The notes under the pieces: model-generated
What the model saw: only the letters and a program-made list of their open reading frames with translations
What the model was told of the DNA's origin: nothing
Database searches by the model: none
Part shown: positions 48,944 through 58,327 of the stretch, in pieces
Position numbering within the stretch: position 1 is the stretch's first letter
Layout of the letters: the number at the start of each line of letters is the position of its first letter
Position numbers and translations under genes: made by a program
NCBI GenBank assembly: GCA_965650275.1
Contig: CBFGNV010000012.1
Coordinates: 3,111 to 67,110, forward strand
DNA length: 64,000 bases
Reading direction: 5' to 3'
DNA from: an uncultured Fluviicola sp.
GTDB taxonomy: Bacteria; Bacteroidota; Bacteroidia; Flavobacteriales_D; Crocinitomicaceae

Positions 48944-48989
48944 TTGTCGATTTCGATACATCAGCCGCGGCTGACACTCAATCTGACAA
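48944..48989 (-). ncRNA. Structured repeat, copy 3
   Basis: Minus strand reads TTGTCAGAT-TGAGTG-TCAGCCGCGGCTGA-TGTATCGAA-ATCGACAA. Confidence 0.55.
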
Positions 48990-49072
48990 ACGTCTAGTTT
49001 CATTGGAAGAGATCTTCAAAGTCTTTGGTCTTTCCTCTTTAGTCTTAAGTCTATTTTTTGCAACTTTGTATT

Positions 49073-50029
49073 ATGGCATTATTTAATTGGTTCTCGAAAG
49101 AGAAAAAAGAATCACTCGACAAGGGTTTAGAGAAAACAAAGGATAGTTTCTTTGGTAAACTTACCCGAACAATTGTTGGTAAATCAAAGGTTGATGACGA
49201 GGTTCTGGATGAATTGGAAGAGATTCTGATTTCTTCTGATGTGGGTGTGGAAACAACCTTGAAGATCATTGATCGCATTAACGATAGAATTGCTCGCGAT
49301 AAATATGTTGGTACCGAGGAATTGAATAATGTATTGAAAGAAGAAATTGCGGCACTTTTGTCGGAAACCGATTCTGGACAACCAACAGAATATGAAATTC
49401 CATCGCATAACGGAAATCCTCATGTAATTATGGTTGTTGGTGTGAATGGTGTAGGGAAAACTACTTCCATTGGTAAGTTGGCGCACCAGTTTAAATCTGC
49501 CGGAAAGAAAGTGGTTCTTGGTGCGGCGGATACGTTTCGCGCTGCGGCGGTAGATCAATTGATCATTTGGTCTGAACGTGTTGATGTTCCGATTGTTCAT
49601 CAGGGAATGGGGGCTGATCCTGCTTCCGTAGCTTTCGATGCGCTTAGTTCCGGAAAAGCACAGGGAGCAGATGTGGTGATTATTGATACGGCAGGACGTT
49701 TGCATAACAAGGTAAACTTAATGAACGAGTTGTCGAAGATCAAACGTGTGATGGAGAAAGTTGTTCCTGATGCGCCACACGAAATTTTGTTGGTTTTGGA
49801 TGGTTCTACCGGGCAAAATGCATTTGAGCAAGCGAAGCAATTTGCGTTGGCGACTTCATTGACCGGATTGATTATTACCAAGTTAGACGGAACTGCAAAG
49901 GGTGGAGTTGTTATCGGTATTTCAGATCAAATGAGTATTCCTGTTCGCTTCATCGGAGTTGGTGAGGGAATGGAGGATTTACAGGTGTTTTATAAGGAAG
50001 AATTTGTGAATTCATTGTTCGGAGTTTAA
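49073..50029 (+). CDS. ftsY: Signal recognition particle receptor
   Basis: GVNGVGKTT, DTFRAAA, DTAGR, TKLDGTAKGG. ATG 49073 preferred. Confidence 0.98.
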   Translation: MALFNWFSKEKKESLDKGLEKTKDSFFGKLTRTIVGKSKVDDEVLDELEEILISSDVGVETTLKIIDRINDRIARDKYVGTEELNNVLKEEIAALLSETDSGQPTEYEIPSHNGNPHVIMVVGVNGVGKTTSIGKLAHQFKSAGKKVVLGAADTFRAAAVDQLIIWSERVDVPIVHQGMGADPASVAFDALSSGKAQGADVVIIDTAGRLHNKVNLMNELSKIKRVMEKVVPDAPHEILLVLDGSTGQNAFEQAKQFALATSLTGLIITKLDGTAKGGVVIGISDQMSIPVRFIGVGEGMEDLQVFYKEEFVNSLFGV

Positions 50030-50037
50030 TTCTGGTC

Positions 50038-50120
50038 TTCGTTGACTTCGAGTGCCTCAGTCAACGAAATTCTCCTATGTTTTCGGGCTCTTACGGTTGG
50101 CTGAGGCTCTTGAGGCCAAC
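50038..50120. repeat. Inverted doublet of REP-like hairpins (stem-TGAG-N5-YGAR-stem)
   Basis: TTCGTTGAC-TTCGAGTGCCTCA-GTCAACGAA and GTTGGC-TGAGGCTCTTGAG-GCCAAC. Confidence 0.7.
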
Positions 50121-50218
50121 TGTTTGATTGCTTGATAATCAGATTGTCATGTTTTCAAAATATGTTTATCTCAGTTTTATTTTTTTCTTAGATTAGTAAC
50201 TCACTAATACGATTACTT

Positions 50219-50611
50219 ATGGAAATTCTTGACACTGAAACAAATCAAGTACAGGATAAAACTGTAGCTATTGTGGCGTATATGACGCTGATAGGCTGGA
50301 TCATTGCCTTGGTAATGAATGGCGATAAAAAAGGAGAGGAAAGGTCTTTCAACGGGTTTCACATTCGTCAAATGCTGGGATTGATTATTTTCTCATTTGG
50401 AAGCTCCATTGTCTTTGTGATCTTAGGAATGGTACTGGCTTTTATTCCCGTTATCGGATGGTTGATTCTGCTATTATTGCAGCTGGGACTCTTTGGTGGA
50501 TTATTAGCGTTATGGATCATGGGTGTGATCGCTGCCAGTAATGGTGAGAAAAAACCTGTGCCTGTTCTTGGAGGTGTTATTCATAAAATGCTTGGAACGG
50601 CATTTGAATAA
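50219..50611 (+). CDS. DUF4870-like membrane protein
   Basis: AIVAY.TLIGWIIA...FH.RQ.LGL...LWIMG.I.A.NGE.KPVP.LG. Confidence 0.8.
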   Translation: MEILDTETNQVQDKTVAIVAYMTLIGWIIALVMNGDKKGEERSFNGFHIRQMLGLIIFSFGSSIVFVILGMVLAFIPVIGWLILLLLQLGLFGGLLALWIMGVIAASNGEKKPVPVLGGVIHKMLGTAFE

Positions 50612-50631
50612 ACCTTAGTTAAGTTACTTTG

Positions 50632-50669
50632 AAAGATTCGGTTCGTTTGTGGATCGAATCTTTTTTTTT
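50632..50669. terminator. Bidirectional intrinsic terminator
   Basis: AAAGATTCGGTTC/GGATCGAATCTTT stem with a T-run, between convergent genes. Confidence 0.7.
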
Positions 50670-51711
50670 AGCCTTTACTTTTCAAAATATGCAGGAGCAG
50701 GTTTTCTTCTGAATTGAACCATGAACTTGATTTGGCTGTGCGCTTCGTGAGTTTTTCGAATTCTCCATTTTCATAGAGTTGAAGAATTGCAGGGTGAACA
50801 TAATAGTTTTTGCAAACGGTTCGTGTGTTTCCCAAGTGTCCACTTACCATGTCGAGTACTTCTACAATATTTTTTTTCCGTAAAACTTGATTTTCCGCAG
50901 ATCCAATTTCAATGAATCCTTGAATAGCGTGAACACTTCCCGACCATGTTCGCATGTCTTTTGTGCTGAAAGATTCATCCGTGTATTTTCGGAGATAAGC
51001 ATTCACTTTTCCTGAATCTATGCTTTGTCTGTTGCCTTCGTTATCGTAATACTGAAACAACTCTTTTCCGGGGATATCTCTGCACTGCTTTACAATTTTT
51101 GCAAGGCGTTTGTTGTTTAGAGAAATTTTGTGCTTTACACCTTTCTTTCCAACAAACGCAAACTGGAGACGATCTCCTGAGATTTCAACGTGACGATCTT
51201 TTAGGGTTGTTAATCCGTAGGATTTGTTTGTTTTTGCGTATTGATTGTTTCCAATTCTGATATGTGTTTCGTCCATCAAAGCAAGAACCGTTGCGATTAC
51301 TTTTTCTTCAGTTAGTTTCTGTTTGCGTAAGTCGGATTTTATCTGTTTTCTGAGTTTAATGATCGCTTTTCCGAAAGAGACCAGTTTAGAGAATTTTGAT
51401 TCGTTTCTTGATTTGTTCCAAAGTGGGTGATATCTATATTGTTTTCTACCCCGGGCGTCTATTCCTGTGCATTGGATATGGCCATTTGCATCTTTACAGA
51501 TCCAGACATTCTCCCATGCTGGAGGAATGACGAGCGATTTGATGCGGTGCAAATGCTTTTCGGAAGTTAGCTTTTTGCCTCTGTAGAGATACTCAAATTT
51601 CTTTCCTTTTCGAACGCGTGAAATACCAGGATCACAATTGGATACATAGATGAGTTCAGCCATTTCAGGAAATGCATCCAGGTCAATTAAATCTGATATT
51701 TCTTGCAACAT
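50668..51711 (-). CDS. DNA topoisomerase IB (bacterial/poxvirus-like)
   Basis: IPPAWENVWIC, DARGRKQYRYHP, RIGNNQY, FVGKKG, KDMRTW, LGNTRTVCKNYYVHP (catalytic R, K, R and Y present). Confidence 0.93.
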   Translation of the reverse strand: MLQEISDLIDLDAFPEMAELIYVSNCDPGISRVRKGKKFEYLYRGKKLTSEKHLHRIKSLVIPPAWENVWICKDANGHIQCTGIDARGRKQYRYHPLWNKSRNESKFSKLVSFGKAIIKLRKQIKSDLRKQKLTEEKVIATVLALMDETHIRIGNNQYAKTNKSYGLTTLKDRHVEISGDRLQFAFVGKKGVKHKISLNNKRLAKIVKQCRDIPGKELFQYYDNEGNRQSIDSGKVNAYLRKYTDESFSTKDMRTWSGSVHAIQGFIEIGSAENQVLRKKNIVEVLDMVSGHLGNTRTVCKNYYVHPAILQLYENGEFEKLTKRTAKSSSWFNSEENLLLHILKSKG

Positions 51712-52078
51712 AGACGAAAAATAAAGCAGTCAGAAGAAAATGATGTTACAGGAATTGCGTAAGAAATTGTAAAATTCGCTTGTAAAAACACACAAGACGA
51801 TTGATTTGCCATTAAGAAATTAAGGGTCATTAAGATGAGGGGGAGATAATTTTCGATATAAACAACATGCTTTAAAATCTTTTCTTTTTACGATGTGTTC
51901 TGGGCTTAGTTTTTCTTAATCCTTAATGGTTCAGTTTTTCATTCCATGTCTGTTTTGTGGTCAAAATGCCTTAACTTTGTTGCTCGGAAACGAAACGTGA
52001 TTTATGGCGCTGTTTTTATAGAGATTGCCTTGTTTTCCGCTTTATTTCTGTGAATCCCTAAGTTTATTAGAGAAACCC

Positions 52079-52109
52079 TTGTTATTAAAAAATAGAGTTT
52101 CTATCTTTG
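52079..52109 (+). promoter_or_regulatory. Bacteroidetes sigma70 promoter for rplM-rpsI
   Basis: TTG (-33) at 52079-52081, 20-nt spacer, TATCTTTG (-7) at 52102-52109. Confidence 0.75.
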
Positions 52110-52162
52110 CACCCCTCAAAAGTGGATTTTGGGGATATTGTCTTATTAAATATAGGTAAGTA

Positions 52163-52618
52163 GTGAATACTTTAAGTTACAAAACTGTATCTGGCAACAA
52201 AGAGACCGCGAATAAAAAGTGGTTGTTGGTAGATGCTGAGGGCCAAACAGTTGGTCGCTTAGCGAGTAAAGTGGCGAAGTTGGCTCGTGGAAAACACAAA
52301 ACTAACTTTACGCCGCATGCTGACTGTGGAGATAACGTGATCGTTATCAATGCAGCGAAAGTTTCTTTCTCTGGTACAAAATTAGAGAACAAGGAATATG
52401 TGCGTTACACTGGATATCCAGGTGGACAACGTTCATTGACAGCTCAAGAGTTGTTGCAACGTAACCCTTCTCGTGTTATCGAGAAAGCAATCAAGGGTAT
52501 GTTGCCTAAAAACAAATTGGGTCGTCAGTTGTACTCAAATATTAAAGTGTATGCTGGTACAGAGCACAATCATGATGCTCAAAAGCCAGAAGTTATTAAT
52601 CTAGATACATTCTTATAA
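52163..52618 (+). CDS. rplM: 50S ribosomal protein L13
   Basis: [42 protein letters not shown]. Confidence 0.98.
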   Translation: MNTLSYKTVSGNKETANKKWLLVDAEGQTVGRLASKVAKLARGKHKTNFTPHADCGDNVIVINAAKVSFSGTKLENKEYVRYTGYPGGQRSLTAQELLQRNPSRVIEKAIKGMLPKNKLGRQLYSNIKVYAGTEHNHDAQKPEVINLDTFL

Positions 52619-53004
52619 TGGAAGTAGTAAACGCATTAGGAAGAAGAAAAACATCTGTTGCACGTGTGTACCTTTCTAAAGGAAAAGGAACAGTTACTGT
52701 AAACAAGAGAGATTATAAAGAGTTTTTCCCGGTAGCAATTCTTCAATCAAAAATCGAGCAACCATTTAACTTGACAGATACTTTAGGTCAGTACGACGTG
52801 AAAGTAAATGTTATGGGTGGTGGAGTAAACGGACAAGCAGAAGCTATTCGTTTAGGAATCTCTCGTGCATTGGTAGAAGTTTCTGCTGATTTTAAACCGT
52901 TGTTGAAAGCTGAAGGTTTGATGACACGTGACCCTAGAATGGTTGAGCGTAAGAAACCAGGTCAGCCGAAAGCACGTAAGAAATTCCAGTTCTCTAAACG
53001 TTAA
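52618..53004 (+). CDS. rpsI: 30S ribosomal protein S9
   Basis: [47 protein letters not shown]; TAATG overlap with rplM. Confidence 0.98.
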   Translation: MEVVNALGRRKTSVARVYLSKGKGTVTVNKRDYKEFFPVAILQSKIEQPFNLTDTLGQYDVKVNVMGGGVNGQAEAIRLGISRALVEVSADFKPLLKAEGLMTRDPRMVERKKPGQPKARKKFQFSKR

Positions 53005-53145
53005 TTGGAGTTTGTTCTCCGTTTTTGGAGAGCGCATTGGTTGTTTAGTATCCAAGCACAAAGTATCCTCGTTAGTCAAACGACTAATTGACCCTTTGAA
53101 CGCTGAATAACTAAAGGAAAGTGAACAATTTTAAAAAAGAAGAAA

Positions 53146-53904
53146 ATGTCAAAAGTTAGTTTTGAAAATTTGTTAGAAGCAGGTGCTCATTTTGGACACT
53201 TGAAAAGAAAATGGAACCCGGCAATGGCGCCGTATATCTTTGAAGAGAAAAAAGGTATCCACATTATTGACCTTAATAAGACAATTGCACATCTTGATCA
53301 AGCTTGTGCGGCGATGAAGCAAATTGCTAAGTCGGGGAAAAAGGTTCTTTTCGTAGCTACTAAAAAACAAGCTAAAGAAATAATTGCTGAGAAAGTTGCA
53401 GCTGTAAACATGCCTTTCGTTACTGAGCGTTGGTCAGGTGGTATGTTAACAAACTTCCAAACTACTCGTAAGTCTATCCGTAAAATGGCTGCAATCGATA
53501 AGATGAAAGCTGACGGAACATGGGAAACATTAAACAAGCGTGAGCGTTTATTCAAAACACGTCAACGTGAGAAATTGGAAAAGAACTTTGGTTCTATCGC
53601 AGATATGACTCGTCAGCCTGCAGCAATTTTCTTGGTTGATATCTTGAAAGAGCACATCGCATTAGCAGAAGCAAAACGTTTGAACGTTCCAACTTTCGCT
53701 ATCGTTGATACAAACTCTGATCCACGTTTGGTTGATTTCCCAATCCCGGCTAACGATGATGCTACAAAATCAATCTCTTTGATCTTGGATGCAATCTGTG
53801 GTGCTATCAAAGAAGGTTTGGAAGATCGTAAGTCTAGCGGAACTGCTAAAGACAAAGACGAAACAGCTGAAGAAGTAACAGCAACTGAAGAAACAAACGA
53901 TTAA
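53146..53904 (+). CDS. rpsB: 30S ribosomal protein S2
   Basis: LLEAGAHFGH...WNP.M, FVATKKQA, RWSGGMLTN, VDTNSDP, PIPANDDA. Confidence 0.98.
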   Translation: MSKVSFENLLEAGAHFGHLKRKWNPAMAPYIFEEKKGIHIIDLNKTIAHLDQACAAMKQIAKSGKKVLFVATKKQAKEIIAEKVAAVNMPFVTERWSGGMLTNFQTTRKSIRKMAAIDKMKADGTWETLNKRERLFKTRQREKLEKNFGSIADMTRQPAAIFLVDILKEHIALAEAKRLNVPTFAIVDTNSDPRLVDFPIPANDDATKSISLILDAICGAIKEGLEDRKSSGTAKDKDETAEEVTATEETND

Positions 53905-53911
53905 TTAAACA

Positions 53912-53990
53912 AGACTATAGACGATAGACAGGAGACGAAAGACTTAATGTAGTCCTTCGTCTTTAGTCTTCAGTCTCGAGTCTAAAAATC
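53912..53990. repeat. Heptamer tandem repeats in fold-back arrangement between rpsB and tsf
   Basis: AGACNNN x5, a short spacer, then NNNGTCT x4-5. Confidence 0.75.
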
Positions 53991-53999
53991 TATAAGAAA

Positions 54000-54830
54000 A
54001 TGGCAATTACTGCATCAGATGTAAACAAATTGCGCCAGCAAACAGGTGCTGGTATGATGGACTGTAAAAACGCATTGGTTGAAGCAAACGGAGATTTCGA
54101 AGCTGCTGTTGATGTATTGCGTAAAAAAGGACAAAAAGTTGCTGCGAAAAGAGGAGATAACGAAGCTGCCGAAGGGTTGGTTTTCGCTCAAACTAGTGCA
54201 GATAGCAAAGTAGGTGTTTTGTTGACATTGAACTGTGAAACTGACTTCGTAGCAAAAAATGATACTTACCGTAACTTCGTTCAATCATTGATGGACATCG
54301 CAATGAATAACTTGCCTGCTACTGCAGAAGAGTTGAAGTCATTGAAATACGATGATAAATTGACTGTTGAAGAGAAAATCACTGAGCAAGTTGGTGTAAT
54401 CGGTGAAAAATTGGATCTTTCTGGATACGCTGTTGTTAAAGGTGACACTGTTGTTGCTTACAACCACCCAGGAAACCAATTGGCTACTTTGGTTGCTTTA
54501 AACAAAGGAGGTGAAACAGTTGCTGAAGCTGGTCGTCAAGTTGCAATGCAAATTGCTGCTATGAACCCAATTGCTTTGGATAAAGACGGAGTTGATGCTC
54601 GTACAATTGAGCGTGAAATCGAAGTTGGTAAAGAATTGGCTATCCAAGAAGGTAAACCTGCTGAAATGGCTGATAAAATTGCACAAGGTCGTTTGTCTAA
54701 ATTCTTCAAGGAGAATACATTGTTAAGCCAAGAGTTTATCCGTGATAACAAATTGACTGTTGAACAATTCTTGAACTCAACTGAGAGCGGTTTAACTGTA
54801 ACAGAATTCAAACGTTTCTCTTTGAGCTAA
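54000..54830 (+). CDS. tsf: Elongation factor Ts
   Basis: LRQQTGAGMMDCK.AL, LNCETDFVAKN, MQIAAMNP. Confidence 0.98.
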   Translation: MAITASDVNKLRQQTGAGMMDCKNALVEANGDFEAAVDVLRKKGQKVAAKRGDNEAAEGLVFAQTSADSKVGVLLTLNCETDFVAKNDTYRNFVQSLMDIAMNNLPATAEELKSLKYDDKLTVEEKITEQVGVIGEKLDLSGYAVVKGDTVVAYNHPGNQLATLVALNKGGETVAEAGRQVAMQIAAMNPIALDKDGVDARTIEREIEVGKELAIQEGKPAEMADKIAQGRLSKFFKENTLLSQEFIRDNKLTVEQFLNSTESGLTVTEFKRFSLS

Positions 54831-54852
54831 TCACGGGAAACGTAAAAAATAG

Positions 54853-54888
54853 AAATCCCCTTATTCGAAAGAGTAAGGGGATTTTTTT
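54853..54888. terminator. Intrinsic terminator after tsf (likely bidirectional)
   Basis: AAATCCCCTTATTC-GAAA-GAGTAAGGGGATTT followed by a T-run. Confidence 0.88.
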
Positions 54889-55930
54889 ATGGGCGATCTA
54901 TGAAATCAAAGAAGAATGCAAATCCTAAATCGGCTTCCAGCTTTTTCTTTTGTTGGTCGATAGAAAACCGTTGCATGTAAATCGCCTTTCTGTTTTCTTC
55001 CACCTGTGCTATTCCTTCTTCTGTTCGGGTGTAAATGTTTATGCTTTTAAAAGGATCGAACCCTAAAATATTGTAGCATACCTTTGCAGTTGGAGCTTCA
55101 CATATTTCGTCTTTATTGTCGTCCTTCTTATACCACATGATTGATGTTTCCTCCATAATCGCATACTCCTTGGGATGCAGGTAGCCTTTCTTCACTGCTT
55201 CCAAAAATAAGGACTTGTTTTCCTGGAAGAAACAGTGAGAATGCAATAAAATGTTGAATGGACAGGCAACACGCAGCTCCCATTCTGACTTGTTGCTCAT
55301 GGGAGGATACCCGACATAAGGATCCGGTTTGTTATTCTCTTTGAGAAAAATCGACGTTTGCTCATCGCTTGTAATTGGAATCAGGTGTTCATTAAAGTAT
55401 ATTCCTTTATTCAGAAATCCTTTCAGGATATACTGACGTGCCGCATTTTCAGACATATAAAATTGTTGATTCAAAAGGTAATCAGTACCCATAACCAATT
55501 TGATACTGTCTGATTGATAACAATACTGACAAATTTTAGCGAAGGCAGAGGAATCAACTTCCTTTGGTTTGTACTTTAGGTCGTAAATCGCTTTGATCCT
55601 GGTTCTTTCTGCAGTTGTCAGGTTCTTCCGAAAAATGACCGCTGCATCTACTGATGTAAATGGCATTCCAAGTGAAAAACACAATCCAAGATAATTGTAA
55701 AAGCGAGAACTGTCTTTTAAGTAATAAGCAATTTGACTAGCGATATATGGATCTTTTATAAAAGGGACATTTGATTTAAAAGCATCATCATACCATCGAA
55801 AACAAGAGTTATCCTTCAGGGTGACAAATTGTTCTTCCGCTTTATTGATCAGCGCATAGTATTTTTCGTAATCCTGAGAATTTCCGTTTATTGTAATTGA
55901 AATGAAAAGAAGAAGTAGCAGTGTTTTCAT
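54887..55930 (-). CDS. Secreted hypothetical protein
   Basis: Signal peptide; helical N-terminus YEKYYALINKAE. Confidence 0.7.
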   Translation of the reverse strand: MKTLLLLLFISITINGNSQDYEKYYALINKAEEQFVTLKDNSCFRWYDDAFKSNVPFIKDPYIASQIAYYLKDSSRFYNYLGLCFSLGMPFTSVDAAVIFRKNLTTAERTRIKAIYDLKYKPKEVDSSAFAKICQYCYQSDSIKLVMGTDYLLNQQFYMSENAARQYILKGFLNKGIYFNEHLIPITSDEQTSIFLKENNKPDPYVGYPPMSNKSEWELRVACPFNILLHSHCFFQENKSLFLEAVKKGYLHPKEYAIMEETSIMWYKKDDNKDEICEAPTAKVCYNILGFDPFKSINIYTRTEEGIAQVEENRKAIYMQRFSIDQQKKKLEADLGFAFFFDFIDRP

Positions 55931-56028
55931 AATCTACTAAACGAAATGACATGGAAACGGTTGTCAACTTGTTTTAATGAGTAAACTTCAATTGTTTTAG
56001 ACTTAATTAAACTGGTAAAAGAACCTTG

Positions 56029-56442
56029 TCAATCCTCATTCATTGCAATGATTCCCTGAACAATTTTTACCGCTCCCACCACAATTGCCCCGTAAAAAAC
56101 ATAACCAATTCCAGCGGTGCTTAAAGCGATTCCTGCGACAAGAAGAACTATTCCGATGACAAGATTGGCAACGCCATTTCCACTTTTCTTTTTAACAACC
56201 TGTTTCGAAACTTGAGTGGCATAAGCTACAATCATTGTTGCTTTATCTTCTGAATAACCGCGCTTTACAAAACTTTGAATCGTTTCGTCAACAGTGTATT
56301 CTGCATCAATAAGTAATGAAGCTGCACGTTTAATGTCCTCGCGGTCAATTTGCATATCTTCTGTTTGCGACGTGCTTTCCTGCGCTGAAGTTGTATTGTT
56401 TGATTTCTGTTCAAGATTGATCGTTCCTGGATCGTTTGACAT
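56029..56442 (-). CDS. Hypothetical membrane protein (helical N-domain + 2 C-terminal TMs)
   Basis: FYGAIVVG TM motif. Confidence 0.65.
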   Translation of the reverse strand: MSNDPGTINLEQKSNNTTSAQESTSQTEDMQIDREDIKRAASLLIDAEYTVDETIQSFVKRGYSEDKATMIVAYATQVSKQVVKKKSGNGVANLVIGIVLLVAGIALSTAGIGYVFYGAIVVGAVKIVQGIIAMNED

Positions 56443-56463
56443 GGTGTTTATAGTTTAATTGAT

Positions 56464-56895
56464 TTATAATTCTCCAAGTTTTGATGCTGCATCAGCCATT
56501 TTGGAAGTGTCTTTTGTTGTTCTGATTTTAAGATAAAAGAATATTCCTCTAAACATCGAAACCAGACCGAATAATCCTATTGCTGCTAATATTCCGAGTC
56601 CTCTTCCTGTCCCTGATCTCGAAACGAGTAGGAAATTTAATCCCAGACCAATTAGAAAGGTTGAGAATCCGATGATTATATAGATCATAGCTTTCTTTCT
56701 GTAGTTTCTGATCAGTTCGTAGTTGCCGTGAATCAATAGAAGTTCTATTTCATCATTCGGAACCATTTTGTTTAGAAGTTTCAATTCAATTTCTCGATTC
56801 GATAGTTTATCATGAATAATCCAGTTTTCAACATCAATCTTGTATCTGCGAAATTCTTTCGAAATTTCATTTGGATTTAGTTTTCTGATATTCAT
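56464..56895 (-). CDS. Hypothetical membrane protein (2 TM)
   Basis: ATG 56895 preferred; architecture similar to the adjacent gene. Confidence 0.55.
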   Translation of the reverse strand: MNIRKLNPNEISKEFRRYKIDVENWIIHDKLSNREIELKLLNKMVPNDEIELLLIHGNYELIRNYRKKAMIYIIIGFSTFLIGLGLNFLLVSRSGTGRGLGILAAIGLFGLVSMFRGIFFYLKIRTTKDTSKMADAASKLGEL

Positions 56896-56982
56896 AATTG
56901 GTATGATAGAAATTGATTTGATTTTATTCGTTTTTATTGAATAATTACTTACCCGCACTAAATATAATAAAATCATTCGCAC

Positions 56983-56990
56983 TATATTTG
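56983..56990 (+). promoter_or_regulatory. -7 element TATATTTG for pyrH-frr
   Basis: Exact consensus 21 nt upstream of ATG 57012. Confidence 0.65.
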
Positions 56991-57011
56991 CACAACATCT
57001 TACAATCCTTT

Positions 57012-57719
57012 ATGAAGTATAAACGCATTTTGCTGAAGTTAAGCGGTGAGTCACTAATGGGTGACAAACAATTTGGAATTGATAATCAGCGTATTAGTGT
57101 TTATGCCGAACAGATCAAAGAAATTCATGCTTTAGGAATTGAAGTCGCAATTGTAATTGGCGGTGGAAATATTTTCCGTGGAGTTCAGGCAGAAGAAGGA
57201 GGAATGGACAGGACTCATGGCGATTATATGGGAATGTTGGCAACCATGATTAACTCTATGGCGCTTCAGGCAGCTTTAGAATCTACTGGTATGCAAACCC
57301 GACTTCAATCTGCTATTGAGATGAAGGAAATTTCGGAACCTTATGTAAGAAGAAGAGCTGTTCGTCACCTTGAGAAAGGACGTGTGGTGATTTTTGGTGC
57401 TGGAACGGGAAATCCATTCTTTACTACAGATTCTGCAGCTTCTCTAAGAGCAATTGAGATTAATGCCGATGTTATTCTTAAAGGAACACGTGTAGATGGA
57501 ATTTACACTGCTGATCCGGAGAAAGATCTTTCCGCAACGAAGTTTGATGTTATTTCTTTTGACGATGTTTACGCACGTGGATTGAAGGTGATGGATATGA
57601 CGGCGTTCACGCTTTGTAAGGAAAATGACTTGCCAATTATCGTATTCGATATGGATAGTCCGGGTAACTTAAAGCGTTTGATGCAAGGCGAACAAGTTGG
57701 AACAATAGTAAGAAATTAA
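57012..57719 (+). CDS. pyrH: Uridylate kinase
   Basis: [51 protein letters not shown]. Confidence 0.98.
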   Translation: MKYKRILLKLSGESLMGDKQFGIDNQRISVYAEQIKEIHALGIEVAIVIGGGNIFRGVQAEEGGMDRTHGDYMGMLATMINSMALQAALESTGMQTRLQSAIEMKEISEPYVRRRAVRHLEKGRVVIFGAGTGNPFFTTDSAASLRAIEINADVILKGTRVDGIYTADPEKDLSATKFDVISFDDVYARGLKVMDMTAFTLCKENDLPIIVFDMDSPGNLKRLMQGEQVGTIVRN

Positions 57720-57762
57720 TCAGGAGAGAAAGTAACATTTCTAATTGCAATAGATTTATAAG

Positions 57763-58326
57763 ATGACTGAAGAATTACAGATGATTTACGATGAGTTAAA
57801 GGATTCAAACTCCAAATCAATGACTCACCTTGAAAATGAATTAATGAAAGTTCGCGCTGGTAAAGCAACTCCATCTATGTTGCAAGGCGTTATGGTTGAT
57901 TACTACGGTTCTCCAACTCCAATTCAGCAGGTTTCAAATATCAATACAATGGACGCTCGTACATTGACTGTTCAGGCTTTTGAAAAACCAATGTTGAACG
58001 AGATTGCAAAAGGAATCATGAATGCCAATCTTGGATTGAATCCGCAAAGCAATGGTGAACAGTTAATTATTTCAATTCCACCATTAACAGAAGAAAGAAG
58101 ACGCGATTTGGTTAAGAAAGCTAAAGCTGAAGGTGAACATGCTAAAGTTGGTGTTCGCAATAACCGAAAAGATGCAATTGATATGGTGAAAAGCTTGAAA
58201 AGCGAAGGTTTATCTGAAGATATGACCAAAGACGCTGAAAACGAGATCCAAAACATCACCAATAGCTTCATCAAAAAGATCGATGATTTGGTTGAGGCCA
58301 AAGAGAAAGATATCATGACGCTGTAA
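57763..58326 (+). CDS. frr: Ribosome recycling factor
   Basis: RAGKATPS.L..V.VDYYG, PPLTEERR..LVK, VRN.RKDA. Confidence 0.98.
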   Translation: MTEELQMIYDELKDSNSKSMTHLENELMKVRAGKATPSMLQGVMVDYYGSPTPIQQVSNINTMDARTLTVQAFEKPMLNEIAKGIMNANLGLNPQSNGEQLIISIPPLTEERRRDLVKKAKAEGEHAKVGVRNNRKDAIDMVKSLKSEGLSEDMTKDAENEIQNITNSFIKKIDDLVEAKEKDIMTL

Positions 58327-58327
58327 A

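Noticed and set aside
56937-57011. N-terminal extension of PyrH overlapping the 56464-56982 ORF
   Set aside because: An artefact of longest-ORF calling; a TATATTTG promoter lies inside the extension and supports ATG 57012.
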